Notes: generated from the letters alone by a model not told the origin. A DNA stretch of 64,000 nucleotides from Octopus sinensis (GCF_006345805.1 NC_043020.1:21204001-21268000); one strand, 5' to 3'; counted from the stretch's first letter, positions 25,308-39,177 are shown. Translations and numbers: made by a program.

Positions 25308-25917
25308 TCACTGAATTTGGTGGCATAAAAGATGTACTGGTATATTAATATCACTCCAATTTCTGCAGCACATATCCAGGAAAAACAGTATCAAAGACAA
25401 AATTAGCTTATAGGAAACCCAACTTTATGTATAAGACCCAGGGTCGTTTTTTGGAGACATTTTTTGAGGAAAAATTGCATTTTATATGCCATCAAATATG
25501 GTGTTTTAAATATAATTATGTGTGTGTGTGTGTTTGTGTGTGCATGCATGTGTGAATAGACATCCAAGAGTCTATAAGTCAGAAAAAATATGCACTTGTA
25601 TATTTGTCAATAGAGTGGGCATATTAATCAAAGAGTACAGTATTAGATATCCATTACAACTGGTCTTACCAATCAGTTTCGCACTGGGGGTTCCCCAGGG
25701 TGTTGGATGTTGGAGGTGAACAGACATATTTTGTTCGTGCTTTCTGGGAAAAAGATGATGAAACAAACCACGCAAAGGTTGATACAAGGGACATAACTCT
25801 TAACTTTAACCCGTGCATGGTTCATTTCATCATCTCTTTCACTGCAACTACAAACCACATGTGTCTGTTCACTTCCAACAATAGAGAGCAGTCACCATAT
25901 TTCATTCCATAACTGCC

Positions 25918-26000
25918 ATCTCTGAAGAGCACAAGGTTATGTAATCAGGTTGTTACCCAACATTCTATTGAACCCCTAGTCTGAAACCGATCGGTAAGAT
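25918..26000 (+). ncRNA. Type-I hammerhead ribozyme motif with long, partly decayed stem II
   Basis: ATCT-CTGAAGA-(54 nt)-GAAA-CCGATCGG-TA-AGAT: stem I ATCT/AGAT, canonical core, palindromic stem III ACCGATCGGT, GUA site. Confidence 0.75.
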
Positions 26001-26059
26001 CAACTGTAATGGACATAAAATATTGTGCACTTCAATTAATATATAGATTTGAGGTTAAG

Positions 26060-26530
26060 TCAAAAACTATACAGCACTCTTGTTTCTGTAATTTATTAAA
26101 ATAAAAACACAGCTTGCACAGTTAGATCATTTTTTACATAGTCTCCTTGCTTTTTTATGCACTTCTTCCAGCAGTCCACAAACTTGCTAACTCCATTGGG
26201 AAAGGTTTTCACCAGGTTGCACCACTTTTTGTGCTTCTTCATCCATAGCAAATTCACAACCTCATAAAGAATGTTTGAGCAGTCCAAAGAAGTCATAGAT
26301 CTGGATTATAATTGTAATAGCAATTTGAAACCTAAGTTTTCAATGGTTTCAATGGTGTTGGTGGACCTATGTGGGCATGCATTATCAAGCAATAAGGGCA
26401 CTTGCTTTGACAACAGACCTTGGCATTTGATGCAAATTTTTGGTTTCAGTTTGTTGTCCAGCATTTCACTGAACAAACACAGGTGAATGTAGATGCCTTT
26501 TCCAGGAACATTACAAATGATTAAGAAATG
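26060..26530 (-). mobile_element. Mariner transposase C-terminal fragment, degenerate
   Basis: KLKPKICIKCQGLLSKQVPLLLDNACPH...WKKCIKKQGDYVKN resembles mariner HDNARPH and the KC....GDYVEK terminus. Confidence 0.8.
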
Positions 26531-27607
26531 GTGAAGGTGGATCACATGATGTTGTTAGAATAAGATTGGTTGTCCACGCTCACTTGTGTGTATATATATA
26601 TCTATATGTGTGTGTGTGTGTATCCATTTTGGAATAGTGCATCTCAAAGCACATAAAGCTATAAATAATAGGATGTAAATATTGGGTTGAAAAATCTCCT
26701 TTTTAAATAGAAAAAAATCAAAGGCTGCTCATGGGATATGAATCCACATTGCTTGTAGAAATGACAGACATTCTATCCAATATTTAAATGCTATTATTCA
26801 TAGCTTTATGTGCTTCAAGATCCACTTTTCCAAAAAAGAATTATTTCATGTTCTCTCAAATGTTTATAGATTCTTATGATGTCAACAATATGTATGTCTG
26901 TATTCTATGCACATATGCATGTGTGTGTGTATATCTTTGCATCTGTGTTTGTCTCCTCCATTTCTTGATAACTGGCCCTGTAACTTTGCAGTGCAGCTAA
27001 AGGGATGACAAAATAAGTGCCATACTTTAAAAATATGTAGCAAACTTATAAAATAAATACTGTGGCTGATTCATTCAAAAACAAATAAAAGATAAAATAC
27101 AAAGATATGTGGTGTATATTTATATTTGTTTATTTGCTTATTTACATTTAGATGTTTATTGTTAATATTGATGCTGTTATTGTTGTTGCTAAAAAGCAAT
27201 TTATTTTAACATTACAGTTTCCTTTTAAAAACTAATATGAAAATAGGAGACAAAGACTAAAAACTGTACAGTTGCATCTGTTGCACTCCTCCTCCACTGT
27301 TTTCATCACACCCAGAATGCAATACAGTTTAACTTGGGAAGCTTTGTTGTAGCGGACTCCAGCACTGGTCTAGTTGAGTCATTACATTTACCAAAATGTG
27401 TGTTAAATATTTCAGATTTTAATGGAATGGTCATTTTTAGGATGTCCTATGGAAAGAATTATAATTTATCAGCTGTAGAACAATGAAGAGACCTTGTTAC
27501 ATCTACTTTTTCAATGACAGCATGCAAGCACAAAAATAGTTGTTTTGTTCATTCTTCTGTACAATACCAACCACCTAACTAAAATATATATAAATTACTT
27601 ATATGTA

Positions 27608-27644
<37 letters not shown>

Positions 27645-28057
27645 ACACGCGTGTGTGTGTGTGTGTGTATGTGTGTTTGTATTAATATTTTGCTTAAACT
27701 ATACTAATTAATCATGTTAGAACTCAATAAACCTATCCTTCACAGAAAAGTATTAGCTGAGTACAGAGCATAAGAAATTATATAGTGACTTCATCAAAAT
27801 GAAGTTTGTTACATACTTCCGTGTTCCCTTGCCATTTATATAATCTCTTATATATACATTTTGGTCCAGGTATAGCTGTGCGGTAGGATGTTTGCTACAC
27901 AACCACCATGGTTCCATCCTACTGCATGGCACTTTGGACAAGTGTCTTCTACTTTAGCTCCAGGACAACCAAAGCCTTTGTGAATGGATTAAATAGACAA
28001 AAACTGAAAGAAGCTCATCATGTGCATGGGTGTGTGTATACACACAAATATATATGC

Positions 28058-28408
28058 ATACAAGGTGGTATCAAAAAGTTTCTGGACTAGTTACGTTTAA
28101 CGAAAAATGATTTATTTACTTAAGTTTTAACATCATCTCCTTCAAAATAGTCGCCTTGCAATCTGGTTTGGAAGTTGTTTTCCGTAAGGAGTGGAGGAGC
28201 TTCTGCAATTCATTCTTGATCTCAACAACAGTGTTAAAATGGCAAACTTTGAGCTGCATTTTCATCTTAGGAAAGAGATGGGAGTCCACAGGTACTAAAT
28301 CTGGTGAATAGGGTGGGTGCATCATGTGATATCATGTTGTCTTTAGCAAGAAACCCATGAGTGAGGAGAACTCAGTGATAGGGTGCATTGTTGTCATGAA
28401 GAATGGTG
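28058..28408 (-). mobile_element. Mariner C-terminal fragment with 3' end, abutting a PLE tail
   Basis: LHDNNAPYH...HPPYSPDLVPVDSHLFPKMK (YSPDL motif). Confidence 0.85.
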
Positions 28409-28409
28409 A

Positions 28410-31400
28410 ATAAGGGAGTCTGGTACATGCATAGTATTAAAAGATGCTCAGGAAAGGAAGGAAAGGGTGTTTTACGTTTCAAGCAAAGTTCTTCTTCAGA
28501 AACAGAAGACAGAGAGAACTCCAAGAGAAAAGGAAGATGGAGGGAAAAATCCACATGTAGGTACATTTTGGAATGACCAGAAGTGAATGGGCACAGAAAA
28601 AGTTCTTTCTAAGACAGGAAAGTGTAAGAGAATGAGGTATGTGTGTGTAATTAATTATGGGTATGTGCATGCACATGTATGTGATTGCATGAGTGTGTGG
28701 TGGTGGTAACTGAGTGCATGTGTGTGTATGCAGGTGGTGGTAACTGTGTGGCATTAACTGTTTATATGTATACTTGTGATCATTGTGTTTGTTAATGTTG
28801 TAGGAAGAATTCAGCAGCTATGGTAACAGGAGTGGTGGTCATTTGTGTAGTTTTTCCTTCTTGCATATGTGCATAAATGGGATGGTCAGTTGTAGGATGT
28901 TTGAGAGGTACACTGAAGTGCATGTGTGTGTGCGTATATGCGTAAGTTGTGTGTGTTTTGTGTATATTGGGTTTGTATGTGTGTGTGTGTGGAAGTATAT
29001 GTGCTTTCCTGTGTGTGTGCGTGCATGTGTGCATGTATGTGCGTGTGTGTATGCATTTGTGCATGTAGGTATGCGCGTGCGTATGTGTATGTGTGTGTGC
29101 GTGGGGTTGTGTGTATGGAGGTATGTGTGCGTGTGTGTATGCATGCGTTCATGTAGGTGTGTGCGTGTATGTACGAGCGTGTGTGGGAGGTATATGTGTG
29201 TGCGTGTGTATGTGCATGTACGTGTGTGTATGTGTATGAAGGTATATGTGCGTTCATGTGTGTGTATATGCGTGTGTATATGTGTGTGCGTGTGTGTGTA
29301 TGTATATGTGAGTGTACATGAGGCTGTGTGTGTGGGTGTGTATGTGCGTTTCTGTGTGTGTGCGTGTATGTACGTGTGTGTATGTGAGAGGAATATGTGC
29401 GTTTATGTTAGCGTGTGTGTGTATGTACGTGTGTGTATCTATGTGTGCGTGTGTGTATGTAAAAATAAAATGAAATAAAATAGTTAAAATAATAGAGAAA
29501 AAAGAGAAAAATAAAATTAATTAATGAAAAATGAATAAAAAATAACAGATACAAAATAAAAGTAAAAAGATAAAATAGAAATTAAAACAATTATAGAAAG
29601 GAAAGTTAAAAGGAGATAAATAGATAAAATAAAATAAAGGATCAAAATAAACAATTACGACGGGAAAAAACGATGAAAAATCGATAAAAAACGAATAAAA
29701 GCTATAAAAAAGTGAATGAATATAAGAGAGGATAAAAAGTTATTTTTTAAGGAGGGTATAGGAACAGTCATTGAGAGGAGGGGGTCGTGTTGAGTCCGAG
29801 AGGAGTTTCTGTTTGTAGACTGAAAATGTAACGCTGTAAGGGTGGAGGCCGAAGACGGAGATGTTTGGGGTAGAGTGGTTGGCCAAGTGATAATATGACG
29901 GGCGACGGAGGTGTTCGTACGTAGCCGAACATCTTGTAGATGTTCAGTGAACCGGTCGGCCAGCCGGCAGCCCATCTGACCAACGTAGAGTTTGTTGCAG
30001 AGATTACATCTGATGCAATAGATAAGGCTGGAAGAAGTACAGAAGAAGGAGTTTCTAATGTGGAAGATGTGCTGGTTGGATGCAGTGAAGGAGGTGATGT
30101 TGGTGATGAAAGGACAGGTGTGGCAGGGGGAACTAGAGCAAGGGAAGGATCCGGGCTGGGTTTGAATGGAGGAGGGAAAGGTACTACGGACTAGTAGATG
30201 GCGTAGGTTACGTATGTTTGAAGGAGGGCAAAGATGGGGTGGGTGGTAGGATCTAGATGGAGACGATGGAAAGCCAGTAGGATCCTCCAACGAATGGGTA
30301 AGGTGGAGGGGTGGAAAAGTAGAGGAAAGGGGATGTAGTTGGGGGATCGGTCCTATTAGACGAACGTGGGAAAGGATAGTTTGGACGACGGGGAAGGCAT
30401 ATCCTCGATGTATGAACAGGCAGGCCAGGTACTGGAACTGTGTCTCGAAATCCTGGGAGGGGAGGTCAAAGGTGAGGGAGATATCTAGGAAGTTTACAGA
30501 GGTGTCGGAGATGGTATAGGTAAATTGGAGAGAAGGGTAAAGTAAGAAAGTGATGAAAGTGGAGAGTTGTTCATGGGAGAGGAAGGTGGCGCCTATACAG
30601 TCGTCTATATAGCTGCCATATAGCTCTGGGGTCAGAGCTATAATGTAACCAACAAATAGGTTGGCAAAATTGGGGCCCATTCTCATTCCCATAGCGATGC
30701 CAGACAACTATCGGTAAAAAAAATTCCCCCGTGAACGTCAAGTAGTTGAGGGTGAGGACGAGTTCTGCCAGACGGAGAAGGGTGGAGGTGCTGTGTGTGG
30801 GGTTGGGGCGACCATCGAGAAAGTATTGGGAGACTAAAAAACCGTTGTTGTATAGGAATTTGATGTCCAAGGTGAAGAGGAGGCATGAGGGAAGGAGAAG
30901 GAATTGAAAAGACGAAGGGCGTGATTGGTGTCATGTATATGGGATGGGAGGGCAGCACCTAAAGAGGACAGGATGAGGTCCAAGATATTTAGAGATGAAT
31001 TCTGTGGGGCAATTGCAGGCTGAGGAGTGAGCATTTGGCAGCGGATGGGGAAGGTTGAGTGGTATAGTGACTACAGTGCGTGGGTGTAGGGAGAGGGGTT
31101 GGGAGAGGTGTGAGTGGGGAAGGGCTGCAATGGATGGGTGAGTCGGGGATAGGGGTGGAAATGTTCAGGTGTGGATGGTTCAGGGGTAAGGGTAGGGTGG
31201 GAATGTCTGGGTGGGAGCATGTGAGTTATGGGGGTGCAAGGGGGAAAGTGTGGTGTGTGCGGGAGTGGAAGGTGTTGGGGTACTGAGGGGGTGTTGAGGT
31301 TGAGTGAGAGGAAGAGGTGGATGAAGGGTTAAGGAGGCAGTGGAGTTTTTGGTAATTTGTGTGTTGAGATCAAGAAGGAAGCAGAGAATAGGTTGGATGA

Positions 31401-31900
31401 AGAGTGGAGGGCAGAGGGATGAAAGGCGAAGGTAAGCTTCAAGGAATTGATGGTCGAGGGAGTGAAGGTGAGAGCGGGATGGCAGCACGGATGAGGAGGC
31501 GGGAAGTGCAGGCGAGGATGGGTTCGATGGAGGGAGAAGAATAGGGGGTAGCATGGAACTTCAAGCGGAAGCCATGAGGTTGTGGCGTGATAATGGAGGC
31601 AACAGCTAGGGAAAGAGACATAGCCAGAGTGGCGAGATTTCTTAAAAAGCAAGTGAGAGAGTTGTACAGAGAGTTGCAGGCATTGAGGAGGAAAAGTGGA
31701 AAGAAAACGGAAGAGAAGCAAGGGGAGATGCTGGAAGAAGAAATGGAGGTCAAGCAAGGTGAGAGGGTGTGAATGTCGATGTGTGGGTGATGGTGAGGAA
31801 AAGGAAAGGAGAAGGAGGGAAAATAAGAGTGGAAGTAGAACAGAAGATAGGTCGAGGGAAGATGAGTTAAAGAGGAAGAGTCATGGACAAATTGTAATGA
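28410..31900 (-). mobile_element. Penelope-like element (family 1, Neptune-like): N-terminal domain, internally deleted RT, Cys linker, GIY-YIG, long CA-rich tail with hammerhead
   Basis: HGFRLKFHA (N-terminal), SGIAMGMRMGPNFANLFVGY, YIDDCIG, CSSSPCHTCP, LIYCIRCNLCNKLYVGQMGCRLADRFTEH. Confidence 0.88.
28468..28504 (-). ncRNA. Minimal hammerhead ribozyme motif (stem II decayed)
   Basis: Minus strand TGTTT-CTGAAGA-A-GAA-CTTTG-CTT-GAAA-CG-TA-AAACA; 5-bp stem I, palindromic ACGT stem III. Confidence 0.7.
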
Positions 31901-32159
31901 TTCACAATCAAGATGCAGAAATGGCATATTCCGAATGAATAAGGTAATGTAATCCGATGGTAGAAAGAATTCTGTGAATTAGGTAAAAAAAAAAAAACTC
32001 GAATTTGGTCACAAATAATAATAATAAAATTAAAATAAAATATTAAAAAAATATAAAATAAAAAAAATGTATATAGTTATTTACTTCCATTTGTTTATTT
32101 ATCTGTGTATTTTATTTAATTTTATTATGCTTTCAGTTTTGTTTATATTGTAACCAGTT

Positions 32160-33010
32160 TATGGGGATCCTCTTCTGTCATATGTTGTGGTGTGTGCTAG
32201 TGTTCCATTCCAGTTTCCTATTCAGGCTAGGTTTATCTTCTATTATATGTGTAGCTTCCGTAATTTGTCTGATTGTTGCATCTGTTCTATGTGTGGACAA
32301 TATTTTAACTTCTATGTTGTTGATTGAGCCCCCGTGTTCCTGTTCAGAACCGATGAGCTCTTTCCTTCCTTAAGTTCTCTCCAATGTTTCATTTACCCTA
32401 TCTCCTATGCTCCGTGCCATTTCCCCAACGTAGTAGAACCCCCTGTACGGGTAAGTTCTACCGATTATGGATTTGATAGGGTTGCCTGGCTTTTCAACAA
32501 CCTTAATCCTTCGCTTAAGTTTGTCTAAGGTCCTTCTATAGCGGCACGCCAGTTCGCCTCTAGGGGTGGTGTCGACGAACATGACACTCTGGTATTTGTG
32601 GCTATCATACCAAGAGTTGGCCTTCCCTATTTTCTTCTTTGTCCTTTCAATAGTGCTCCTATAGAGTGGGCAAATCCCATTCCTATTATTACATAAAATA
32701 GTATCAAATTTCTTCATGGCTCCTTTGTATACTCTGATCCTTTCTTTATGGCTGTAACCTGAGAACTGCATGCGGTGAACGAAATGTTGTATGTGTCTCT
32801 TTAACTCTGTAGGCTCGCACATGCGGGACACTTCGCATTATTCTGACGAGGTCTGCCATGAAAATATTGTATTTGGTATTGTCCGCGATAGCTGAGTTCC
32901 GGTGTATCAAGTATTTGGATGCCATAGGTTTGGCATAGTACGAATGAAGGATTCTAGTTTTATTATTCTCAGTTTCTAGCCAGAGTTCTGTGTCTAGTAC
33001 TGGTAGTCTA
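32160..33010 (-). mobile_element. Penelope-like element fragment (another family): RT thumb plus GIY-YIG remnant
   Basis: YYAKPMASKYLIHRNSA, RMQFSGY...PLYR...VMFVDTTPRGEL...IKVVEKPG, then YYVGEMARSIGDRVNE. Confidence 0.8.
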
Positions 33011-33441
33011 TGGAAACCTATTTAATATATATGAGTAGATAGATACATGTAGGGGTACATATAAAATCACAAAATTATAGGATAAATGCTTATCATATAT
33101 GAAGTAGAGCGTATATAGAGGCATACATACACATATAAGCATAGAGATACACCAATATATACATATATACACACTAGATACACATACATATACATGTACA
33201 AATACATACATACATATGTAAGTAAACACACACGTATATATATATACACATACATATACATATACATATACATACATATATATATATATATATATTGAAA
33301 TGGATAAATGAATTATCTTGTTAAGGATTATTCAAAATTTAACTGATACCTGGGTAGCAAAAATCACAACAGAAAAAACACGGTTGAAGTTACGACCTTG
33401 GGGTGTCGCAACCGTGCCTTAGCTAGGATAATTGAAGTTTA

Positions 33442-33909
33442 ATATATTTAGTGAAGGGAAGAAATGGAGCTGAACGAAGATTCTACAGAATTCCTTTTAT
33501 TATTTTCTACACATGTTTCAAAGGCCGCAAATTTCCAAATTCGGACTGAATAAGGAGACCATTTTGCAGCTTTCTCTTCAGGAAAATCCAGGAATTTAAA
33601 ACTCCAAAACAAATGCGCAGCAAGGTATTCGAACAAAACGCTCCTTAGGAGCCCATGAAATAGCCCATGAAATAGCATGAAATAGTGCTATTTCATGGGC
33701 TCCTAAGGAGCATTTTGTTCGAATACCTTGCTGCACATTTGTTTTGGAGTTTTAAATTCCTGGATTTTCCTGAAGAGAAAGCTGCAAAATGATCTCCTTA
33801 TTCAGTGCGAATTTGGAAATTTGCGGCCTTTGAAACATGTGTAGAAAATAATAAAAGGAATTCTGTAGAATCTTCGTTCAGCTCCATTTCTTCCCTTCAC
33901 TAAATATAT
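33442..33909. repeat. Near-perfect foldback palindrome of about 470 bp
   Basis: 33442-33664 is the reverse complement of 33687-33909 with a few mismatches; the centre holds tandem CATGAAATAG copies. Confidence 0.95.
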
Positions 33910-34169
33910 ATATATATATATACACATACATATGTAAGCACATAGACAGTACACATACACACATATGCATGTGTGCAAGAACATAGGAATAAATAAGAAA
34001 ATAGACAGGGATAAATTCATATATCCAAGCGTATGAGGAAAAATGTATAGAAAGACATAGTTTACATAATGGCCCCATATAAAGAGAAGGTCCTTCAGTT
34101 GTCATAAAGAAAATAAAGTATATAAAGGGAATTTATGTTATAGTAATACAATGGGGATAGGATAAGGTT

Positions 34170-35060
34170 TTATATTGAGTAATATAATCTGATGTTTTAA
34201 AAAGGTATCAAACATATGGTTGTAAATAGTTATTTTAGATTAATGAATAGGAATTTGGTTATTTGTTTATATGAGAATACTTTTTCATTCCTCCTATTAA
34301 CTAGGTTTCCATCAATTCTCATTATATTTCTTCTATACATAATCTGCAAATTTTATTGTTATTTCTGTAAGAAGGGGCCGAAGACATAATTTTCCAGGAA
34401 ATTAAGAAATTAATATTATTTCCTCTGAGGCACCAAATTTTTTTTGATAGTCCAGTACTGTTCTCTTTTCTATGATCCCTAAAGGTAGATTCGTGGCTTA
34501 AAATTCCCGATTTAACCCAGTTTTGAGTGCAACCTATATATATATATATCTTGATGAGTCCTGTGTTATAATTGTTACCTGGTATACAACGTCTTTCTCT
34601 TTACAATTTCTTTCTAATTTACAAGCATTAGGGTTTCTACAATTTCAATTTGTATTTGTGGGTGGCATGGTAGTGTTATATGTATATTTTGTTGAATTAT
34701 AAGAGTTGTGGTTATTATTAGCATTGATATTGTTAATTGTAGGATTATACGGTTTTTATTAATATTATTGGAGGTTCTAGGTTCAGTTTTAGTAATTTTG
34801 GTTTCATAGAATTGATCTAGTTAAAGGAAGATATTATCCTAAAAACATTAGGAGTAACTGAAAATTCAAATAAAGTTCGGTTTTAAGCGTTTTGCAAAGG
34901 GAATTATTTATTATCCAAATGGTTTTTCGTTGTCTGTTTTAGTAAAGAATTGGTTGTATTCTAAGTGTATGTATGAATAAACTTCTTACAATTTTTTGAT
35001 ATCTTATCTCCTCTAATTTTAAACAAATATGATTGGATTTGTAGAACTTCATTCCATAAA
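34170..35060 (-). mobile_element. Highly decayed PLE C-terminal remnant
   Basis: Weak minus-strand similarity to the PLE thumb (NP...K...KFI...; PNVFRIISS.N) and the downstream endonuclease region; many stops. Confidence 0.45.
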
Positions 35061-35071
35061 TTATACATACA

Positions 35072-35107
<36 letters not shown>

Positions 35108-35756
35108 TACATACATAAATATACATACATTTATATATACATACATATATATATAATATATATATAAATTAGAGAAAAACCACTATTATGTAATTCAAAC
35201 AATGATAGACATAAACCAAATCATAAACAAAAAATAAAATATATTATAAAACATATAACTAGATCAGAAAAATGAATAAAAATTAATAAAAATATATAAG
35301 TAAAAAGACTACGTTCATTTCATGGCTATAATTTGAATTCGAATTACAATTAAATTTAAATTTAATCGAAAAATAATTCAAGTTAGAAGTATAGTCACTC
35401 CTCTGGTCAACAATAATAATAATAGTTAAACAAATAATCAAATAAAATTAAACAATATTTCTTAAAGAAATAAAATCATGATTGTTCTTTAGAAGAAACT
35501 CCGTTAACTAAATTTCAAACTTTATTTCTTAAATATATATTTATATATATTATATAATTATAATGTGAAATTTGATTAATATTAAATTGAATTTTTCCCT
35601 GTAAGTTTGGAGTTATACTCCCTAATATTATATATATATATATACACAGATGAATATGGTACTTAAGTTGAGGCACCAGAATTTAGTATGGTATTATCCA
35701 TACAATTTAAACGATCGTATTGCATTACCTCTGGATATCCCTTGTTGCTTATTTTC

Positions 35757-35814
<58 letters not shown>

Positions 35815-35840
35815 TGTGTGTGTGTGTGTATGTATATATA

Positions 35841-37117
35841 TTAGGTCGTTAAGTATGAATTTTGTAGGTATATGGTAAACTTTGACAGATGCTCATTTTG
35901 AACCATTATTATATTTTGGTTTCATAGAATTGGTCTAGTTAAATGAAGATATTATCCTAAAAACATTAGGAGAAACTACATACTCAATCTTTATTTTTTG
36001 TTAGAAAGCTGACACATTCTATTTCTTTATTCTAACTCATTTTGCCCTTTATAAAGTATTTATAAATCGTCTTTTGCTAATTTTGTTTAGAGATGGATAA
36101 GTCGGAAATTCGTACAGTTTTGACATATGAGTTTTTTCCTGGAAATACAGCATCACAGACAGCTCGGAATATTAATGGAGTATTTCATTCCAATGTTATT
36201 ATACAGCAGACAGTATCAAATTGGTTTGCAAAATTTCGTTCTAATAACTTTGACCTTACAAATGAGCAACGTGGTCGACCAGAAACAAAGGTAGATAATG
36301 ACAAACTGAAAGCCACCGTCGAGTCAGATCCATCTTAAAGTACCCATGAATTATTGTTGCTGTTTGGTGTTCGCAAGCAAACATTATCGACTCACCTAGT
36401 TCAAATCGGTAAAGTGAAAAAGTTGGATAAGTGGGTTCCACATGAACGCAAAGAAAATCACTAACAGCAACATTTGGAAGCCTGCATTATGCTACTTCTC
36501 ATCGCAAAAATGAACCAGTTTTGAATCGAACTGTAACATGTGATGAGAAATGGATCCAATACAACAACTGTAAATGTTCAGCACAATGGTTGGACAAAGA
36601 TGAGCCACCAAAACAGTCCAAAAAGGAAAATTCATCAAAACAAGCTGATGGTGTATGTTTGGTGGTCGTTAAACTTGGCTCATCAATCACGGCCGAAGTA
36701 TACTGCAGCCAACTGGACCAAATGATGCAGAAACTTACAAAAAAACAGCCTAGATTAGTCAACAGATCCACTCCTATTTTATTGCAAGACAACGTCAGAC
36801 CACACATAAGATTTGGAGTTGGAAGTTCTCCATCATCCACTATACTCACCTGATCTTGCCCCCACTGACTACCACTTCTTCCAGAATTCGGATGACTTTT
36901 TGATAGGCAAAAAACTTAATTCTGACGATGCTGTAAAACAGGCCTTCCTAGATTTTACAAGGCTTTTACAGTTCCGGGCTGGACAAGCTACCGCTGAAAT
37001 GTCAAAAGTGTATTGACAATATGGGTGCTTATTTTGATGAATAAAACTATTCCTTGTATTTATAAAACATTGGCAAACCTTTTCTCTTTCCTACAAATTT
37101 CATACTTGATGACGTAA
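35841..37117 (+). mobile_element. Full-outline mariner (D,D34D) transposon with TIRs and TA TSD; transposase disrupted
   Basis: TIR TTA(G/C)GTC(G/A)T(T/C)AAGTATGAA(T/A)TTTGTAGG at both ends, TA-flanked; MDKSEIR...KLDKWVPHE...TCDEKW...LQDNVRPH...YSPDLAPTDYH with stops and frameshifts. Confidence 0.95.
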
Positions 37118-37154
37118 TATATATACAATATATACATATGTATATATATATATG

Positions 37155-37185
<31 letters not shown>

Positions 37186-37229
37186 GTATATACATATATA
37201 TATATGCATATATATATATATGTATATAT

Positions 37230-37300
<71 letters not shown>

Positions 37301-37305
37301 TACAT

Positions 37306-37382
<77 letters not shown>

Positions 37383-37387
37383 ATATA

Positions 37388-39140
37388 TAAAAGTTCTACC
37401 ATCAGAACTCGGGAGTGGCCATGGGAACGCGAATGGGCCCCAACTATGCGAACCTGTTCGTTGGCTATGTTGAGGCCCAAATATTCTCTAATTTCACTGG
37501 TCCCACTCCTGAACTATATGGTCGTTACATCGACGACATTATCGGTGCCACCTCACTCTCCCGCGAACATCTAGATTCCTTCCTCTCTTTCGTCCAATCT
37601 TTCCATCCAGCCCTCCACTTCACTTCCACTATCTCCAACACCTCTGTCTCCTTCCTTGACATTTCGGTTAGCATTCTTCACTCCACTCTTACCACCTCCA
37701 TTCACTACAAACACACAGACTCACACTCATACCTCAACTTCTCTTCCTCCCACCCAGAACACACCAAGCTTTCCATCCCCTATTCCCAATTCCTCCGTCT
37801 ACGTAGGCTCTGTAGTGACGACCATGACTTTGAGACTCAGTCTCAACGTATGGCTCACCACTTCACCCTACGTGGATACCCCCTCACCACTATCCACACC
37901 GCCCTTGCCAGAGCACGGTCCGTGGACCGTGTATCTGCTCTCTCTCCCCGAACCCGCCCTGTAGTCTCCCGCCTCCCTTTTCCCCTCACTTACCACCCCA
38001 CGACCCTACGTCTCCAACGCACCATTCTTCGAGCTTTCCGTCATCTCCAGTCCGACCCGTCCACTTCACACCTCTTCCCTAACCGACCCCTCCCCTCTTT
38101 CAAACGAGCCCACACCTTCGAGACCTTTTGGTCCATAGCTCCTTCCCTGACCCTACCTCCCAACCCGGCTCGTTCCCCTGCTCCCGCCCACGTTGCCGCA
38201 CTTGCCCTTACCTCTCCAACACCACCCGCCTCACTAGCACCCACCATCGACCTTATCCCATCATCCACTCCTTCACCTGCACCTCCAGCAATATTATCTA
38301 TTGCATCTCTTGCTCTCTCTGCAATTCCTTGTACATCGGACAAACGGGACGCCGCTTGGCTGACCGGTTCGCGGAACACCTTCGTGACATCCACCTTGCG
38401 AACGACACACCGGTCTCACGCCATTTCCGCTCCACCGGTCACTCCTTGCAACACCTATCTGTGTTCGGTTTGTCCTTACACAGAGGCCATCCGGATTCCC
38501 GTTTGCGCCGTGAACAGGAATTAATCTTCTCTCTTCGCTCTTAAACGCCATTTGGTCTCAACTCTCCCCCCTCCTCATCTAACCCCCCTCTCCCCCCTCC
38601 TCACCTATCCTTTCCCCCCGACCCCTACTTCTTCAGTCCTTCATCCTTTCACCCCTACTCCCCTTCCCTTCTTCCCTCTTTCTCCCTCCCTCCTTCCCTC
38701 TTCCCCTTCCCTCTGCTCCCTCACTCCCTCACTCCCCTTCTCTCTCCCCCTCTCCCTCTTTCCTCCTTCCTCCCACTCCTCTCTCTCCCCCCTCCTCTCC
38801 TCTTCCCCCTCTTCTTCCCCTCCCCTTCTCCCCCTCTTCCCCCTCCCCCTCTTCTCCTCACTACACCACACGACTTTACACATCACATCATATATGATGT
38901 GCCATACTAATACATACACCAACTAATACATACTAATACGTACTAATACATACTAATACATACTAATACATACACCAACCCTATACATACACACGTCCAG
39001 ACCCCTCATACGCACTTATATTCTCTCATACACACACACACACACACTTATACATACTAATACGTACTAATACATACTAATACATACACCAACCCCATAC
39101 ATACGCACGTCCAGACCAATCCTACGCACTAATACTCTCT

Positions 39141-39177
<37 letters not shown>

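Noticed and set aside
27270-27490. Short plus-strand open frame with a possible acceptor
   Set aside because: No recognisable motif or partner exon.
28792-29478. Long Cys/Val- and His/Thr-rich ORFs
   Set aside because: Translations of a compound TG/CA microsatellite in a PLE tail; the same applies to the YI-repeat ORFs at 33008-33277, 37047-37574, 39455-39797, 47449-47867 and 48707-49007.
32843-32870. CTGACGAG as a hammerhead core
   Set aside because: No stem II closure or GAAAC; it lies antisense within PLE coding sequence.
33378-33416. Hairpin CACGGTTG...CGAC...GTCG-CAACCGTG as a hammerhead
   Set aside because: No GAAA and no stem III or NUH arrangement; a simple bulged hairpin.
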